Below, one piece after another: positions 11,004 through 21,731 of a DNA stretch of 64,000 bases. Every line of letters starts with the position of its first letter. Within the stretch, counting starts at the first letter, position 1. A program made the translations under genes and the position numbers. Location of the stretch: NCBI GenBank assembly GCA_963666285.1, contig OY762711.1. One strand, 5' to 3'. The notes beneath the pieces were generated by a model, which was given only the letters and a program-made list of their open reading frames with translations, ran no database searches and was not told the DNA's origin. This DNA comes from Sedimentisphaerales bacterium (lineage in GTDB: Bacteria > Planctomycetota > Phycisphaerae > Sedimentisphaerales > SM23-30).

Positions 11004-11048
11004 TCTTTTTGTCATTTTTGACAGTATAAAGGAGAGTTTAAACTCAAG

Positions 11049-11870
11049 TTGTTAAAAGAATTATTAAAAATTGCCAGACATAACCTTACCGTTGAAGGTA
11101 AGTTTCGAGTTGCTAGGGAGGCTCTTCTTAATTCCGGAGGGCTTACCGAACATGAAAAGAAGCTGCTTCGCTCTGTGTCACTTAAGGTTCATCATGCTGA
11201 CGCTATGTATTTAGGCAAGCCCGAACACTATCTCTCTGTTGGCCTCTCGGCATCAAGAGCTATAACAGAAGCTATTAAAAGATATAATGAGGATTTTATC
11301 CCACAAAATATTCTTGATCTGCCATGCGGCTATGGCAGAGTTCTTCGATTTCTGCGTGTTATGTTTCCAGATTCTACAGTTACTGCGGCAGAGATAAATA
11401 CCAAATATATAGATTTCTGTACCAAAAAGTTTTCAGCTGTTCCATTAGTATCAAAAGAAAATTTAAGGGAGTTAAAATTACCACATAAATACGATCTTAT
11501 CTGGTGTGGTTCTCTTTGCACTCATCTTAATTTAGATAAAACTTCTCAATTGATCAAATTTTTCCATGATCATCTTGCAGATAATGGTATATGTATTTTT
11601 ACTACACATGGCGAGTTTTCAATTGAGCAGCTCAAGAGCGGAATGGCTAGATATAGATTAACAGATGACTCCAAAAAGAGCATTGTTGAGCAATACGAAA
11701 CTTCTGGCTATGGATATGCTGATTATCCATATACTACCGGCTATGGGATTTCTGTGGTTACATATGATAAGATGTCAGATATTGCTCAGAAAGCCAGTAA
11801 CTGGAATGAGCTGCTTTTCAAACAAAAAGGCTGGGACAACCATCAGGATATCTATGCTTATTCTAAATAG
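11049..11870 (+). CDS. Class I SAM-dependent methyltransferase
   Basis: ILDLPCGYGR, YDLIWCGSL.TH and L...G...FT motifs. Confidence 0.88.
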   Translation: MLKELLKIARHNLTVEGKFRVAREALLNSGGLTEHEKKLLRSVSLKVHHADAMYLGKPEHYLSVGLSASRAITEAIKRYNEDFIPQNILDLPCGYGRVLRFLRVMFPDSTVTAAEINTKYIDFCTKKFSAVPLVSKENLRELKLPHKYDLIWCGSLCTHLNLDKTSQLIKFFHDHLADNGICIFTTHGEFSIEQLKSGMARYRLTDDSKKSIVEQYETSGYGYADYPYTTGYGISVVTYDKMSDIAQKASNWNELLFKQKGWDNHQDIYAYSK

Positions 11871-11890
11871 CTACTGACCAGGGCGATAAA

Positions 11891-13258
11891 ATGCAATATA
11901 TTATTTTAATCTTTTTTTTGTATATTAATATTGCATTTTCTTTTGCGTCCGATTTCTTTATTGATTCTGTTAATGGGAGCAACCGCAACAATGGCAGTAA
12001 AGAAAAGCCATGGCAAAGTCTCCAGTATATATTCGACAGTCATCTTGTCGAAAGTCAGCAGTGGGATTCGCTGCCATATAAAAAAGGTGCAGAATTGGTT
12101 AAGAAAAATCCCGATGCAGTTATCAAAGCTGGTGATACTATCTGGCTTTTAGATGGCTATTACGGAGGATTATTCATCCGGGATTATTATAATTTTAGTA
12201 ATATTACCATTGCAGCTCTCGAAGGACATATCCCGCAGTTTCGCAGTATCCATATACAATCCGGCTCGAAATGGACTATCAGGGGTTTGCATGTCAGTCC
12301 GATATTTGGTGATGGAAAACTGCCAAGAGATTTAATAAGGATAGAGTCGCATGGTTTTAGAGGGCCTGCAAATGTTATTACTATAGAAGATTGTGTCATA
12401 TATTCTGCTCAGGGTACTTCTAAATGGTCAAAAGGAGATTGGAATAATTTAACCTGCAATGGTATTAGTGTAAGTGGTGAGCGTGTCACCATTCGTAATA
12501 ACAGGATAAAGAATATTAACTTTGGTATTTCGGTTTCGGCCTCTCATTCTTTAATAGAAAATAACATTATCGAAAATTTCGCAGGCGACGGCCTTCGCGG
12601 GCTGGGTGATTACTGTGTATTCCAGTATAACACTATCAAAAACTGCTATGATGTTAATGACAATCATGATGATGGGTTTCAAAGCTGGTCGCAAACAAAA
12701 GATGGGGTTGGCAAGGGGCAGGTGGTTGGTATTATCCTGCGGGGCAATACGATTATCAATTACGAAGACCCGGACCAGCCGTTTCGCGGTACCTTGCAGG
12801 GTATTGGGTGTTTTGACGGCATGTTTGTTGACTGGGTTATCGAAAACAACCTTGTTATTGTTGACCACTGGCACGGCATAACACTTCTTGGTGCCAGAAA
12901 CTGCCGCATAGTAAACAATACTGTTACTGACCTGAATTCCGACAAACCCGGTCCTCCGTGGATACAGATTGGCAGCCATAAAAACGGGACAGAGTCAGGT
13001 GATTGTATTATCAGGAACAATCTTGCAGCTTCTATCTGTCCGGCTAAAGGCAAAAACATGATAATGGACCATAATATCATTGTTGCTGACTATGATGCAG
13101 TATTTAATAACGCAGATAAGTTTGATCTAAGTTTGAAAAATGACTGTGTTGCTGTTGATAAAGGCTCACCGGAACTTGCCCCGGCCAATGATATCCTCGG
13201 CAATCCCAGGCCGCAAGGAAAAGCTGTCGATGTTGGTGCTTATGAATTGCAACAGTAA
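11891..13258 (+). CDS. Secreted right-handed parallel beta-helix protein (polysaccharide lyase-like fold)
   Basis: Signal peptide, GS..N.GS...PW, repeated I.NN.I turns, H.DGFQ and a C-terminal D..GNPR....D.GAYE. Confidence 0.85.
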   Translation: MQYIILIFFLYINIAFSFASDFFIDSVNGSNRNNGSKEKPWQSLQYIFDSHLVESQQWDSLPYKKGAELVKKNPDAVIKAGDTIWLLDGYYGGLFIRDYYNFSNITIAALEGHIPQFRSIHIQSGSKWTIRGLHVSPIFGDGKLPRDLIRIESHGFRGPANVITIEDCVIYSAQGTSKWSKGDWNNLTCNGISVSGERVTIRNNRIKNINFGISVSASHSLIENNIIENFAGDGLRGLGDYCVFQYNTIKNCYDVNDNHDDGFQSWSQTKDGVGKGQVVGIILRGNTIINYEDPDQPFRGTLQGIGCFDGMFVDWVIENNLVIVDHWHGITLLGARNCRIVNNTVTDLNSDKPGPPWIQIGSHKNGTESGDCIIRNNLAASICPAKGKNMIMDHNIIVADYDAVFNNADKFDLSLKNDCVAVDKGSPELAPANDILGNPRPQGKAVDVGAYELQQ

Positions 13259-13271
13259 CTAAGAAGTATTG

Positions 13272-14531
13272 TTATTTGCTGAACAGGTACAGGTATTTCT
13301 CTGTCCTGATAATCAGCTTGCCGTCTACAGCAGCCGGTGTCGCTATGATTTTATCCTGCATGTCAATTTCCGATACCAGCTCAAATTTATCAGTCAGCTT
13401 AAGCACATACACAATACCGCTTTCACGGATGCAATAGATATGTCCTCCGGCGATCAATGGTGAAGGGTAGAAGTTTCCTTTACCTTTTGGAAATTCGCCG
13501 CTCCATATGCTCTTGCCGGTCTCCGGTTCGATACAGTCAATCCTGCCGCGGTCGTGTACTACATAAGCTTTGCCGTCATATATGGCCGGTGTCGGTATGA
13601 ATGTGCCGGTATCGTCCCGGCCCCACAGTTTATGCGTAGCTGATACATCGCCTGTGCCGCCTAGCCGTACGCCGTGAAGCTGGGCCTGGTTGCGGTCGGC
13701 CCGGGCAAAACCCATTATTGCAGCATCACCGACAACAACCGGCGAGGCAATTACCGGCCAGTATTGACTTTTCTCTGGGTTATATCCACCGCAGGACCAG
13801 ATCATTTCACCATTTGATGCGTCATGAGCTGACAGATGTTCGCCGCCCCAGATAAGTAAAGCCTCTTTACCTTTGTGCGTAAAGACCAGCGGTGTGAAGT
13901 AGCTCTGACTGTTTTCTTTTGGTGTCTCATAGTTACGGGATATTTTCCACACTTCTTTTCCGGTTGCTTTGTCAAAAGCTGCAACCCATGAATCTCCGTC
14001 ATGCAGGTCGGTCATGACAACATAGTTCTTTGTCAATACCGGAGATGAACCGTAACTAAAGTATCGCTCGTCTTTACCATATTTCTCAAATAAGTTTGTC
14101 TGCCATACCAAAGTACCGTCCGGTTTGAATGATGCAAAGTTACCGCTGTTGAAAAAGACAAAAACCGACCTGCCGTCTGTTACCGCAGATGAGTTACTGC
14201 CGGACCCGTTTGGATGTTTACCTTTTATTTCGCTGCCAAGCTCTTTTTGCCAGAGCTTCTTACCGGACATATTGTAAGCTAAAACAAGATTCTTGCCTTC
14301 CAGGCAGCTTGTAAGAAATATCTTATCTTCCCATACTATAGGGCTGGAAAATCCTTTGCCTGGAATATCGATTTTCCAGATCGCACTTTCGATGTTCCAG
14401 CTGACAGGATATTCACCTGTTTTGACTGTACCATCTGTGTTTGGCCCGCGCCAGTTGTCCCAGTTTGAACCGGCAAACGAAAGTTGGGTAAATATAGCTA
14501 CGATAAGTATTAAACAATAATTTTTTTCCAT
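13272..14531 (-). CDS. PQQ-like beta-propeller repeat protein
   Basis: Signal peptide, W..WRGP, SSP repeats, AFD..TGK..W and a C-terminal IIRT...LY. Confidence 0.92.
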   Translation of the reverse strand: MEKNYCLILIVAIFTQLSFAGSNWDNWRGPNTDGTVKTGEYPVSWNIESAIWKIDIPGKGFSSPIVWEDKIFLTSCLEGKNLVLAYNMSGKKLWQKELGSEIKGKHPNGSGSNSSAVTDGRSVFVFFNSGNFASFKPDGTLVWQTNLFEKYGKDERYFSYGSSPVLTKNYVVMTDLHDGDSWVAAFDKATGKEVWKISRNYETPKENSQSYFTPLVFTHKGKEALLIWGGEHLSAHDASNGEMIWSCGGYNPEKSQYWPVIASPVVVGDAAIMGFARADRNQAQLHGVRLGGTGDVSATHKLWGRDDTGTFIPTPAIYDGKAYVVHDRGRIDCIEPETGKSIWSGEFPKGKGNFYPSPLIAGGHIYCIRESGIVYVLKLTDKFELVSEIDMQDKIIATPAAVDGKLIIRTEKYLYLFSK

Positions 14532-14789
14532 GACGATCTCTGTTTTTCAATAATTCTTGTATTAATTCAGGCATAATTCTAAGGCAATAGTAAGATAAAT
14601 TCAATCCAGAAGTTAGAATCAATGCCAAATGAGAATTTTGAAATACTATTTTGTGTATTTTAGTTATGATAATCAGGTTTTTGCGCTTAATTTCGATTTA
14701 TTACTACGATTAATAAAAAGAGATATGGAATTATCTGTATTCAGGGCATATCATAGGCCATTGTCATGCTCAGTCAAGATAATAGTTAT

Positions 14790-14933
14790 CCCTGCAACAC
14801 TTTGAATTTAAACAAAACGTGAGACGATAGACGAATACCTTAATTTTTTACTTCACTATTCGTTTTTCACTTAATCGGCCCTGTTCAAGCCTTTGCGTAT
14901 AATGTTGAACAGTTAAAAGTGCGATATCGCACT
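14790..14933. repeat. Dispersed structured repeat, copy 1
   Basis: Shares CCTGCAACAC and CTGTTC..GCCTTTGCGT.TAATGT.GAACAG..AAA.GTGCGATA.CGCACT with 20904-21078 and 55494-55680. Confidence 0.9.
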
Positions 14934-14968
14934 CCAATAGATTTATTACTAATTATGGAGCTTGATAA

Positions 14969-17263
14969 ATGATTATTTACCCTGGCATCAAACGAGTATA
15001 TTTACCATTATTTCTGACAGTTTGCTTACTGCTGGTAATTGTGCCGTGTAACGCCTCTGATCTGCTGAAATATGTCAATACGCTTCAGGGGACAAATTCT
15101 GAAGGTTCTTACAGTAACGGTAATACTTATCCCACCATTGCAGTTCCTTATCCGATGAGTTCGTATTCTGCCCAGACCGGTAAAAATGGTCACGGCTGGA
15201 AATACCAGTATTCAGCAGATACTATCCGCGGGTTTCAACAGGTTCACCAGTGCAGCCCATGGGTCAACGACTATGGTGTATTCTCGCTCATGCCGATACT
15301 CGGCAAACTAGTTGTAAATGAAGATGAACGTGCCAGTGCTTTCAGTCATGACAACGAAATAGCCAAACCTCACTATTACAGTGTTAAATTAGATAATGGC
15401 GTAAAAGTAGAGATATCTCCTACTGAACGTTGTGGTCAAATGCGTTTTACTTTTCCGAAAGGGGACCTGGCATATATTGTCCTGGACGGATATACCAGGA
15501 ATAGCCAGGTTAAAATCGATACCGAAAATAATACCATAACCGGATATGTCCACAATGGCATCTTGGCACCGGGTAAATACAAAAACTATTTTATCATCAA
15601 ATTCGATAAGCCGATCATTTCATATGGTACCTGGGAAAATCGAAAAAATACTATCGCAAAAGGTAATGCCTGTGCCGAAGGTGAAGGAGCGAGTGCATAT
15701 GTAGAGTTCCATAATGGTGTTACCGTACAGGCTAAGATCAGTTCTTCCTATATCAGTCCTGAACAGGCAGAGGTTAATTTTAACCGTGAAATCGCCGGCC
15801 ATAAATCGCTCGAAGATACCAGAAATGCTGCTGCTGAACTTTGGAGCAATCTGCTCAATCGTATTACTGTTGAAGGACAAAGCGAAGATGATAAGGCAAC
15901 TTTCTATTCTTGTATGTTCCGTGCAAATCTATTCTCTCATAAATTCTATGAGATAGATAAAGATGGCAATCCATATTATTTCAGCCCTTATGACGAAAAG
16001 ATACATGCTGGCTATATGTATACCGATAACGGTTTCTGGGATACTTTCCGCAGCCAGTTTCCTCTTACCAATATTCTGCATCCGACTCTGCAGGGCCGTT
16101 ATATGCAGTCGCTGCTCGATGCCCAGCAGCAGTACGGCTGGTTTCCAACCTGGTCTTGCCCCGGTCCGTCCGGCATCATGATCGGTAATCACGCTATTTC
16201 CCTTTTGACCGATGCCTGGGTTAAGGGTATCAGAAACTTCGATCCGGAACAGGCCCTGGAAGCATATCTCCATGAAATTACCGGCAAAGGGCCTTGGGGT
16301 GGTTCAAACGGTCGTGAAGCTCATAAAGAGTATTTCGAGCTTGGTTACATCCCTTACCCGATTGTTGGCGAAGCTACCGCTAAAACCCTGGAATATGCCT
16401 ATGATGACTTCTGCGGTTATCAGCTGGCCAAAGCCGTTGGTAATGAATTCTATCAGGAGGTTTTTGCCCGCCAGATGTATAACTATAAAAATGTCTGGGA
16501 CCCTTCTGTTGGCTTTATGCGCGGCCGGTTAAAAGACGGCAGCTGGCGGCCGAACTTCAACCCGTATGAGTGGGGCGGTCCTTTCACCGAAGGTAATTCC
16601 TGGCAATATACCTGGTCTGTCTTTCACGATATACGCGGGCTGATAAATCTGATGGGTGGCGAAAAAACTTTTGTCGAGAAGCTGGACGAACTGTTTTACG
16701 GCAGTAACGAGTATGATGTCGGCAGTTACGGTCATGTTATCCATGAGATCAGCGAGATGCTTGATGCCGATATGGGCCAGTATGCACACGGTAATCAGCC
16801 GGTTCAGCATGTATCGTATCTTTATACTTTCGCCCGTCAGCCTTGGAAGACCCAGCATCGTATCCGCGAGATTATGACTAAACTTTACAACGCAACCGAA
16901 AACGGCTATCCCGGCGATGAAGATCAGGGCGGCCTTTCCTCCTGGTATGTGCTTAGTGCTCTTGGCATATACAGTGTCTGTCCCGGCACAGACCAGTATG
17001 TCCTTGGCAGCCCGATGTTCGAAAAAGCTTCTATTACCCTCGAAAACGGTAATATCTTTACTATAGAAGCCAAAAACAACAGCCCCGAAAATGTCTATAT
17101 CCAGTCCGCTAAACTAAATGGCAGGGATATCACCCGTAGCTGGATTACTTATGACGAGATCAGCAAAGGCGGTTTACTTCAGTTCGTTATGGGTAACAAA
17201 CCTAACCGGCAGCGAGGTATAAACGACGAAGACCTGCCGTTTTCTCTTACCCCTGTTAAATAA
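14969..17263 (+). CDS. GH92 alpha-mannosidase
   Basis: GNTYP, GFWDTFR, MIGNH, TLEYAYDD, FTEGNSWQY, GQYAHGNQP and GDEDQG motifs; signal peptide. Confidence 0.95.
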   Translation: MIIYPGIKRVYLPLFLTVCLLLVIVPCNASDLLKYVNTLQGTNSEGSYSNGNTYPTIAVPYPMSSYSAQTGKNGHGWKYQYSADTIRGFQQVHQCSPWVNDYGVFSLMPILGKLVVNEDERASAFSHDNEIAKPHYYSVKLDNGVKVEISPTERCGQMRFTFPKGDLAYIVLDGYTRNSQVKIDTENNTITGYVHNGILAPGKYKNYFIIKFDKPIISYGTWENRKNTIAKGNACAEGEGASAYVEFHNGVTVQAKISSSYISPEQAEVNFNREIAGHKSLEDTRNAAAELWSNLLNRITVEGQSEDDKATFYSCMFRANLFSHKFYEIDKDGNPYYFSPYDEKIHAGYMYTDNGFWDTFRSQFPLTNILHPTLQGRYMQSLLDAQQQYGWFPTWSCPGPSGIMIGNHAISLLTDAWVKGIRNFDPEQALEAYLHEITGKGPWGGSNGREAHKEYFELGYIPYPIVGEATAKTLEYAYDDFCGYQLAKAVGNEFYQEVFARQMYNYKNVWDPSVGFMRGRLKDGSWRPNFNPYEWGGPFTEGNSWQYTWSVFHDIRGLINLMGGEKTFVEKLDELFYGSNEYDVGSYGHVIHEISEMLDADMGQYAHGNQPVQHVSYLYTFARQPWKTQHRIREIMTKLYNATENGYPGDEDQGGLSSWYVLSALGIYSVCPGTDQYVLGSPMFEKASITLENGNIFTIEAKNNSPENVYIQSAKLNGRDITRSWITYDEISKGGLLQFVMGNKPNRQRGINDEDLPFSLTPVK

Positions 17264-17267
17264 TATA

Positions 17268-17301
17268 AAACTGACCGATCAAACTGACCATCGGTCAGTT
17301 T
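17268..17301. terminator. Inverted repeat between convergent genes
   Basis: AAACTGACCGAT ... ATCGGTCAGTTT, with an extra AAACTGACC copy in the loop. Confidence 0.5.
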
Positions 17302-17399
17302 GAGTAATATACCAAATCCTCTTTGGTGTTATTAACGCCATCCTGATGTTTCTGGTAAATGGGAGTACCGGAAACATCAATTTTTTTGCATTTTTCTCT

Positions 17400-18938
17400 T
17401 TATCTGCTGGCAGTTATATCATCCAGCTCTGATATATACGGTGAATTGCTGTTTTGCCCCTGGTCGTCTTTCATGTTTTCACCCAGACTGTATAGTGTAT
17501 ATCCGGTAGCTGTTCGTTTATATGCCAGGTCTTGTCCGGTAAACGGATCGGTCACTTGTCCTTTGTCCAGGTAACCGGATAGCACAAGTGAGTCTAAATC
17601 TAAAGGGTATGTATATTCCTTTTTAGAATATTCCAGTGCGGCCGCTACGGTAACTACCTGCTGTTCGGTATTTGTCTTGTATTCCAATGTAATCGAGCGG
17701 CTTATACTAGGCATTATTATTGATGGGATATATTGATGCAGGATTTTTGGCATTTTTTCCGGTGAGACTTCTTTTACTGGATTTCCTTCAAGCAGAGGCA
17801 TATAGATTTCTAATGCCTCCTTGCTGTTAGACAAGCTGTATTTATCGTCCCATGTATCGGTCTGGCGGATTTTATTTCTGTAAGATTCATCTGACTGGAT
17901 AATATTGTCAAGTTTGTCAAAATGCTGGTTCACCTCCTCCAGCAGCTGGTTCCAGTTTACGTATTTGGCAACGTCATTGTCAATTGTGTCGGCATACAGG
18001 TTTTTTTCTTCATCGTAATCTCCACCTGTAATTTCTGACAGGAACATTTCTACCTGGCTGAAACCATATTGATGCATATTGATTATATAGTCCAGTATAG
18101 CGTACCTTTCAGCTGAAATGCTCAGTTTTGCCGGTTCAAGTTCTTGCATATAGTCATAGATTTCTTTTAAGAGATCCCTGTCTAAATTGCCGCTGGTTAG
18201 CATCAGCTTAGTTGAATTAAGTGCCAGGTTTCTTATGCTGAAGCTTACAATGCAGACTAGCAGGCTTTCCTCTTTTTGATGCATAATGGAACCGATATGA
18301 TATATTGTTTTGATTTCTTTCCAGGCTTTTTCATATTGTTGTTCCGCGATTAACATATTTGCCTGTGTAGCCAGTATAGAGCATAGCTCTTTTATCTCGC
18401 TAAGGTATGGAAACAGCATTAGTGCCGCCATACTGTTTTTATCTTTCGACTCATCGACCAGGTATGGCATATAATACTTGTCTTTTCCCACGATAGTTGA
18501 CAATCTGGAAAGCGGTTCTGAATTACTATCCAGCCATTTTGCCATTTCAGGGTGCTGCTCTCTGGTCCATAGTTTTTCCCTGGCTTCATATGTTATGCCA
18601 TTTATTTTGTTGGGTATTATAAGAAAATTACCTGTTGGCTTTTTTATTCCCAATTTATCAAGAAACTCTTTACTGTTATCAATTGCTATATTAACTGGTC
18701 CGAGAATTTTCAGTATCGATATAAAAGCATTATTATCCGGTGTTACACCTTCGCTGTTGATCTTATTTATAGCTGCAACATAGTCGATTGTTCCATCTTC
18801 TCTCACCGGCTCTGTCAACCGTGTGGTATCATGCCCGATCTTTATTTTCTGCTCACTTCCGGCATAAGTAATTGAGACCACGCAAAAGACAGTCAGAACC
18901 AGGGCGGTTAATAATCGAATATTGTTTCTTGATAGCAT
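17400..18938 (-). CDS. Secreted or membrane-anchored hypothetical protein
   Basis: N-terminal hydrophobic segment, TT..T.P...DG.IDY and a C-terminal DPF.G..L.Y......LYS.G.N..DD.G motif. Confidence 0.85.
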   Translation of the reverse strand: MLSRNNIRLLTALVLTVFCVVSITYAGSEQKIKIGHDTTRLTEPVREDGTIDYVAAINKINSEGVTPDNNAFISILKILGPVNIAIDNSKEFLDKLGIKKPTGNFLIIPNKINGITYEAREKLWTREQHPEMAKWLDSNSEPLSRLSTIVGKDKYYMPYLVDESKDKNSMAALMLFPYLSEIKELCSILATQANMLIAEQQYEKAWKEIKTIYHIGSIMHQKEESLLVCIVSFSIRNLALNSTKLMLTSGNLDRDLLKEIYDYMQELEPAKLSISAERYAILDYIINMHQYGFSQVEMFLSEITGGDYDEEKNLYADTIDNDVAKYVNWNQLLEEVNQHFDKLDNIIQSDESYRNKIRQTDTWDDKYSLSNSKEALEIYMPLLEGNPVKEVSPEKMPKILHQYIPSIIMPSISRSITLEYKTNTEQQVVTVAAALEYSKKEYTYPLDLDSLVLSGYLDKGQVTDPFTGQDLAYKRTATGYTLYSLGENMKDDQGQNSNSPYISELDDITASR

Positions 18939-19198
18939 AACATTCTCTTCTGTTTTTATAGTATTCCAGAGATTAAATTACCCAAACGATAAGATAATTT
19001 TAGCGTACATCTTTTCTGATAGCAAATATTATATTAGGTATTTCAAACAGTCTGAACTTGCCGGTTTTTTTTGTTTTTAGGTGCTGCGGCAGCCTAAAAC
19101 AATGTTTTTGGACTTTTATAATCATGATCTGTCCCTACTTTTATATACATTTATCGATTTTATTGTACTTTGCCGCCTGTTTTTCCGATTATTTGACT

Positions 19199-19678
19199 AT
19201 GCTTGAACAAATATATAGTCAATATCCGGATTTACTGATAAGTATAAAAGCGATTTCTGTAGCCCTGCTTGTAGGCGGCATGATAGGTCTTGAACGGGAA
19301 AAGCAGCATAAACCGGCCGGTATTCGTACTAATATCCTTATTTGCCTGGGCGCGACTGTTTTCACCCTTATCTCTCGCCAGGCAGCTTTAGGCGATAATA
19401 GTGATCCAAGTCGTATTGTCGCCCAAATCGTTACCGGGGTTGGCTTTTTAGGGGCCGGGGCAATTATGAGGCAGGGTACAAGTGTCCAGGGGCTTACTAC
19501 CGCCGCTGAAATCTGGGTAGCGGCAGCTTTGGGAATCTGCTGTGGATATGAAAAATACCTTATGGCAATATTAGTAGGTGTTGTTACGATTATTGTTTTG
19601 GAAACATCACGTATTACCAGTAAACTTAACAAACCTCATCAGTCGCCAGACGCTCCGCAGGATCATAAATGCAAATAG
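19199..19678 (+). CDS. MgtC/SapB family membrane protein
   Basis: IGLERE...KPAGIRT, DPSRI.AQIVTGVGFLGAG.I and GLTTAA.IW. ATG 19199 is preferred over the ORF-track start at 19058. Confidence 0.92.
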   Translation: MLEQIYSQYPDLLISIKAISVALLVGGMIGLEREKQHKPAGIRTNILICLGATVFTLISRQAALGDNSDPSRIVAQIVTGVGFLGAGAIMRQGTSVQGLTTAAEIWVAAALGICCGYEKYLMAILVGVVTIIVLETSRITSKLNKPHQSPDAPQDHKCK

Positions 19679-19735
19679 CATACTTTTTCCCTAAGGAGGT
19701 GTGTACCCAATGATATTATTTCCTTCCAAGACCCT

Positions 19736-20782
19736 TTACCTGCGCAGAATTTGGATAATACGGTTGTAAATGACAATAGATGTCAATGTCGTGTTTCCAC
19801 CGCTTGTATTAACAAACTGAACTACGACAGTATCAATGTCCTTGTGATAACGTGCGATACTGTAGTATCCCGGCAGCAAACCAGTATGTTCATACTTATA
19901 AATTGAAGAATATATTGCCTGCTCATCATCATTCAACAATGAGCCATCATTTAACGCTCTCAAAAATATGCCGGTATCCTCTGCTGTAGCTACCATTGAG
20001 CCGCCAGGTTGAATGAAGTCATTTGACTTTATATCGTTCTCGTATCCTGCATAGTACCCACTCATAACATCGGCTAAATCAACCTCGCTAAGCAGGCTGT
20101 AAGTATTGTTCAATTCAAGCGGCTTCAAAATCTCATTTTTGATATATTGGTGATGACTGTACCCCAGTGTTTTATCGAGAATTTCACCAATCAGCAAGTA
20201 ATTCGTATTGGAATAACTGTATTTTTCATCTGGCTTAAAGTCTGCTGGCATATCCAGTACCAGTTTGAAGGTTTCGCTATTTTCCTTATATGGGCTGGCC
20301 CATGGATAATCAGGGTGGTCGGAATAGTTGGGAATGCCGCTCCGATGCTGCAGCATCATTTTCAGGGTTATCTGACCTGCATTTTCAATCCTTCCGGCAA
20401 ACTCTGGCAATAGCTCGGTAAGTGTATCGTCCAGTGCCAGGCTTTGGTCGTTGACCAGTTTCGCTGTAGCTGCGGCAATATACAGTTTGCTGATGCTGGC
20501 TATCTTGAACAGGGCATGCGGATCGGCCGGCACTTGATGCTCTCGGTTTTTCCAGCCGGCGGCATACAGAGCCGGTGGTTTACCCGGTTGATCTACATAA
20601 ACTATAATGCCGTCCAGCCCATAATCTACTGCATCATTCACCTGCTCCTGCACCGTATCCGGCAATGGTGCTAACCATGCCAGTATCCCATCCCATGGAG
20701 GAAATATCACGACACAGGTTATTGCCACGAGAGGCATGATTATCCTGAGTATTAGTACTATGCGTTTCTTCTTATTTGACAT
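19736..20782 (-). CDS. Serine hydrolase, beta-lactamase/class C-like family
   Basis: F.IASISK (SxxK), L.H.SG, YSYSNTNY (YxN) and HTG. Confidence 0.92.
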   Translation of the reverse strand: MSNKKKRIVLILRIIMPLVAITCVVIFPPWDGILAWLAPLPDTVQEQVNDAVDYGLDGIIVYVDQPGKPPALYAAGWKNREHQVPADPHALFKIASISKLYIAAATAKLVNDQSLALDDTLTELLPEFAGRIENAGQITLKMMLQHRSGIPNYSDHPDYPWASPYKENSETFKLVLDMPADFKPDEKYSYSNTNYLLIGEILDKTLGYSHHQYIKNEILKPLELNNTYSLLSEVDLADVMSGYYAGYENDIKSNDFIQPGGSMVATAEDTGIFLRALNDGSLLNDDEQAIYSSIYKYEHTGLLPGYYSIARYHKDIDTVVVQFVNTSGGNTTLTSIVIYNRIIQILRR

Positions 20783-20903
20783 TTATACTTACCTTTAACT
20801 ATTGCCTGACATTGATTATACTGATAGTCTTTAATGTTACATCTGTGTGATGAATGATTATATGGCCTGACATCTGCCAAATTCAGATAAAAACATTATG
20901 TTG

Positions 20904-21078
20904 TAGTTTACTTTCGCAGTTTTTAAGTTGCAATAACGAAGTGCCTCTGGTAAATCGCCTAAAAGGGCCTTCCTGCAACACCTTAATTTTTCATTTTTCA
21001 CTATTCGTTTTTCACTTAATTGGCCCTGTTCCGGCCTTTGCGTGTAATGTCGAACAGTCAAATGTGCGATACCGCACT
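20904..21078. repeat. Dispersed structured repeat, copy 2
   Basis: Contains blocks ACTTTCGCAGTTTTTAAG, CGCCTAAAAGGGCCTTCCTGCAACAC, CTGTTC...GAACAG and GTGCGATACCGCAC. Confidence 0.9.
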
Positions 21079-21188
21079 TGTATATCCGGGAATAAAATCA
21101 AATCAGGTTTGATTTGGCAGTCAATATTCCCTATTATATGCTATATAAGGTTCATATAGATTTTTTTTAATGGCTACAGGAGATTTTT

Positions 21189-21731
21189 ATGATTCCGGCG
21201 GGATATATGGCCAAAAGGGTAGTTAGTACACCAGAATGGCTTAAATCTGATGATGTGTTAGATATTTACTCGGTAAGTAGTTGTATATCTACTAACTTTG
21301 CTGACTATGTCAATTATTGGAAGCACAATGGATACTGGCTTTTTGATTCGCCAGAAATTATCTTAAAAATTGCAAAAGATAATTCGATTGATATGAGTGG
21401 TGTTAAGTTATTTTATTATGAAATCTATGAGCTTGAATATGATGAAGATGACAATCACTGGCATGAATATGAACCGGGAAAATCGTTTGACACAGATGTC
21501 CAAATACCTAGGGATAAAGTACTCGAAGGTTTTGATATAGTATCTTTTGGGGCTCGAAGTTGTGCTGAATGTTCGCCACTGTCGTGTAACGGGCTGGCAG
21601 ATGAAATCAAAACCAACCAGCATTGTTTATTAAGCTCATTTGATAAAGCAAAACAATGTTTGGAAACCGGGCTGTTTAAAAACTCAGAGCCTGGACCTTA
21701 TAGGATATTTGCCGTTTATTCTTTGGTATAG
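21189..21731 (+). CDS. Hypothetical protein
   Basis: AGGAG RBS; 180 aa with YS.S.C.S, WKHN and ECSPLSCN, which look like conserved motifs. Confidence 0.8.
   Translation: MIPAGYMAKRVVSTPEWLKSDDVLDIYSVSSCISTNFADYVNYWKHNGYWLFDSPEIILKIAKDNSIDMSGVKLFYYEIYELEYDEDDNHWHEYEPGKSFDTDVQIPRDKVLEGFDIVSFGARSCAECSPLSCNGLADEIKTNQHCLLSSFDKAKQCLETGLFKNSEPGPYRIFAVYSLV

Noticed and set aside
14790..21078. The repeat copies as integron attC sites or CRISPR repeats
   Set aside because: No RYYYAAC/GTTRRRY boundaries, no tandem cassette or spacer arrangement, and no intI or cas gene.
20854..21159. ORFs at 20854-21159 and 55600-55854 sharing FACNVEQ...RYRT
   Set aside because: The similarity comes from the non-coding repeat. 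The copies differ by indels and their flanks do not align as protein.
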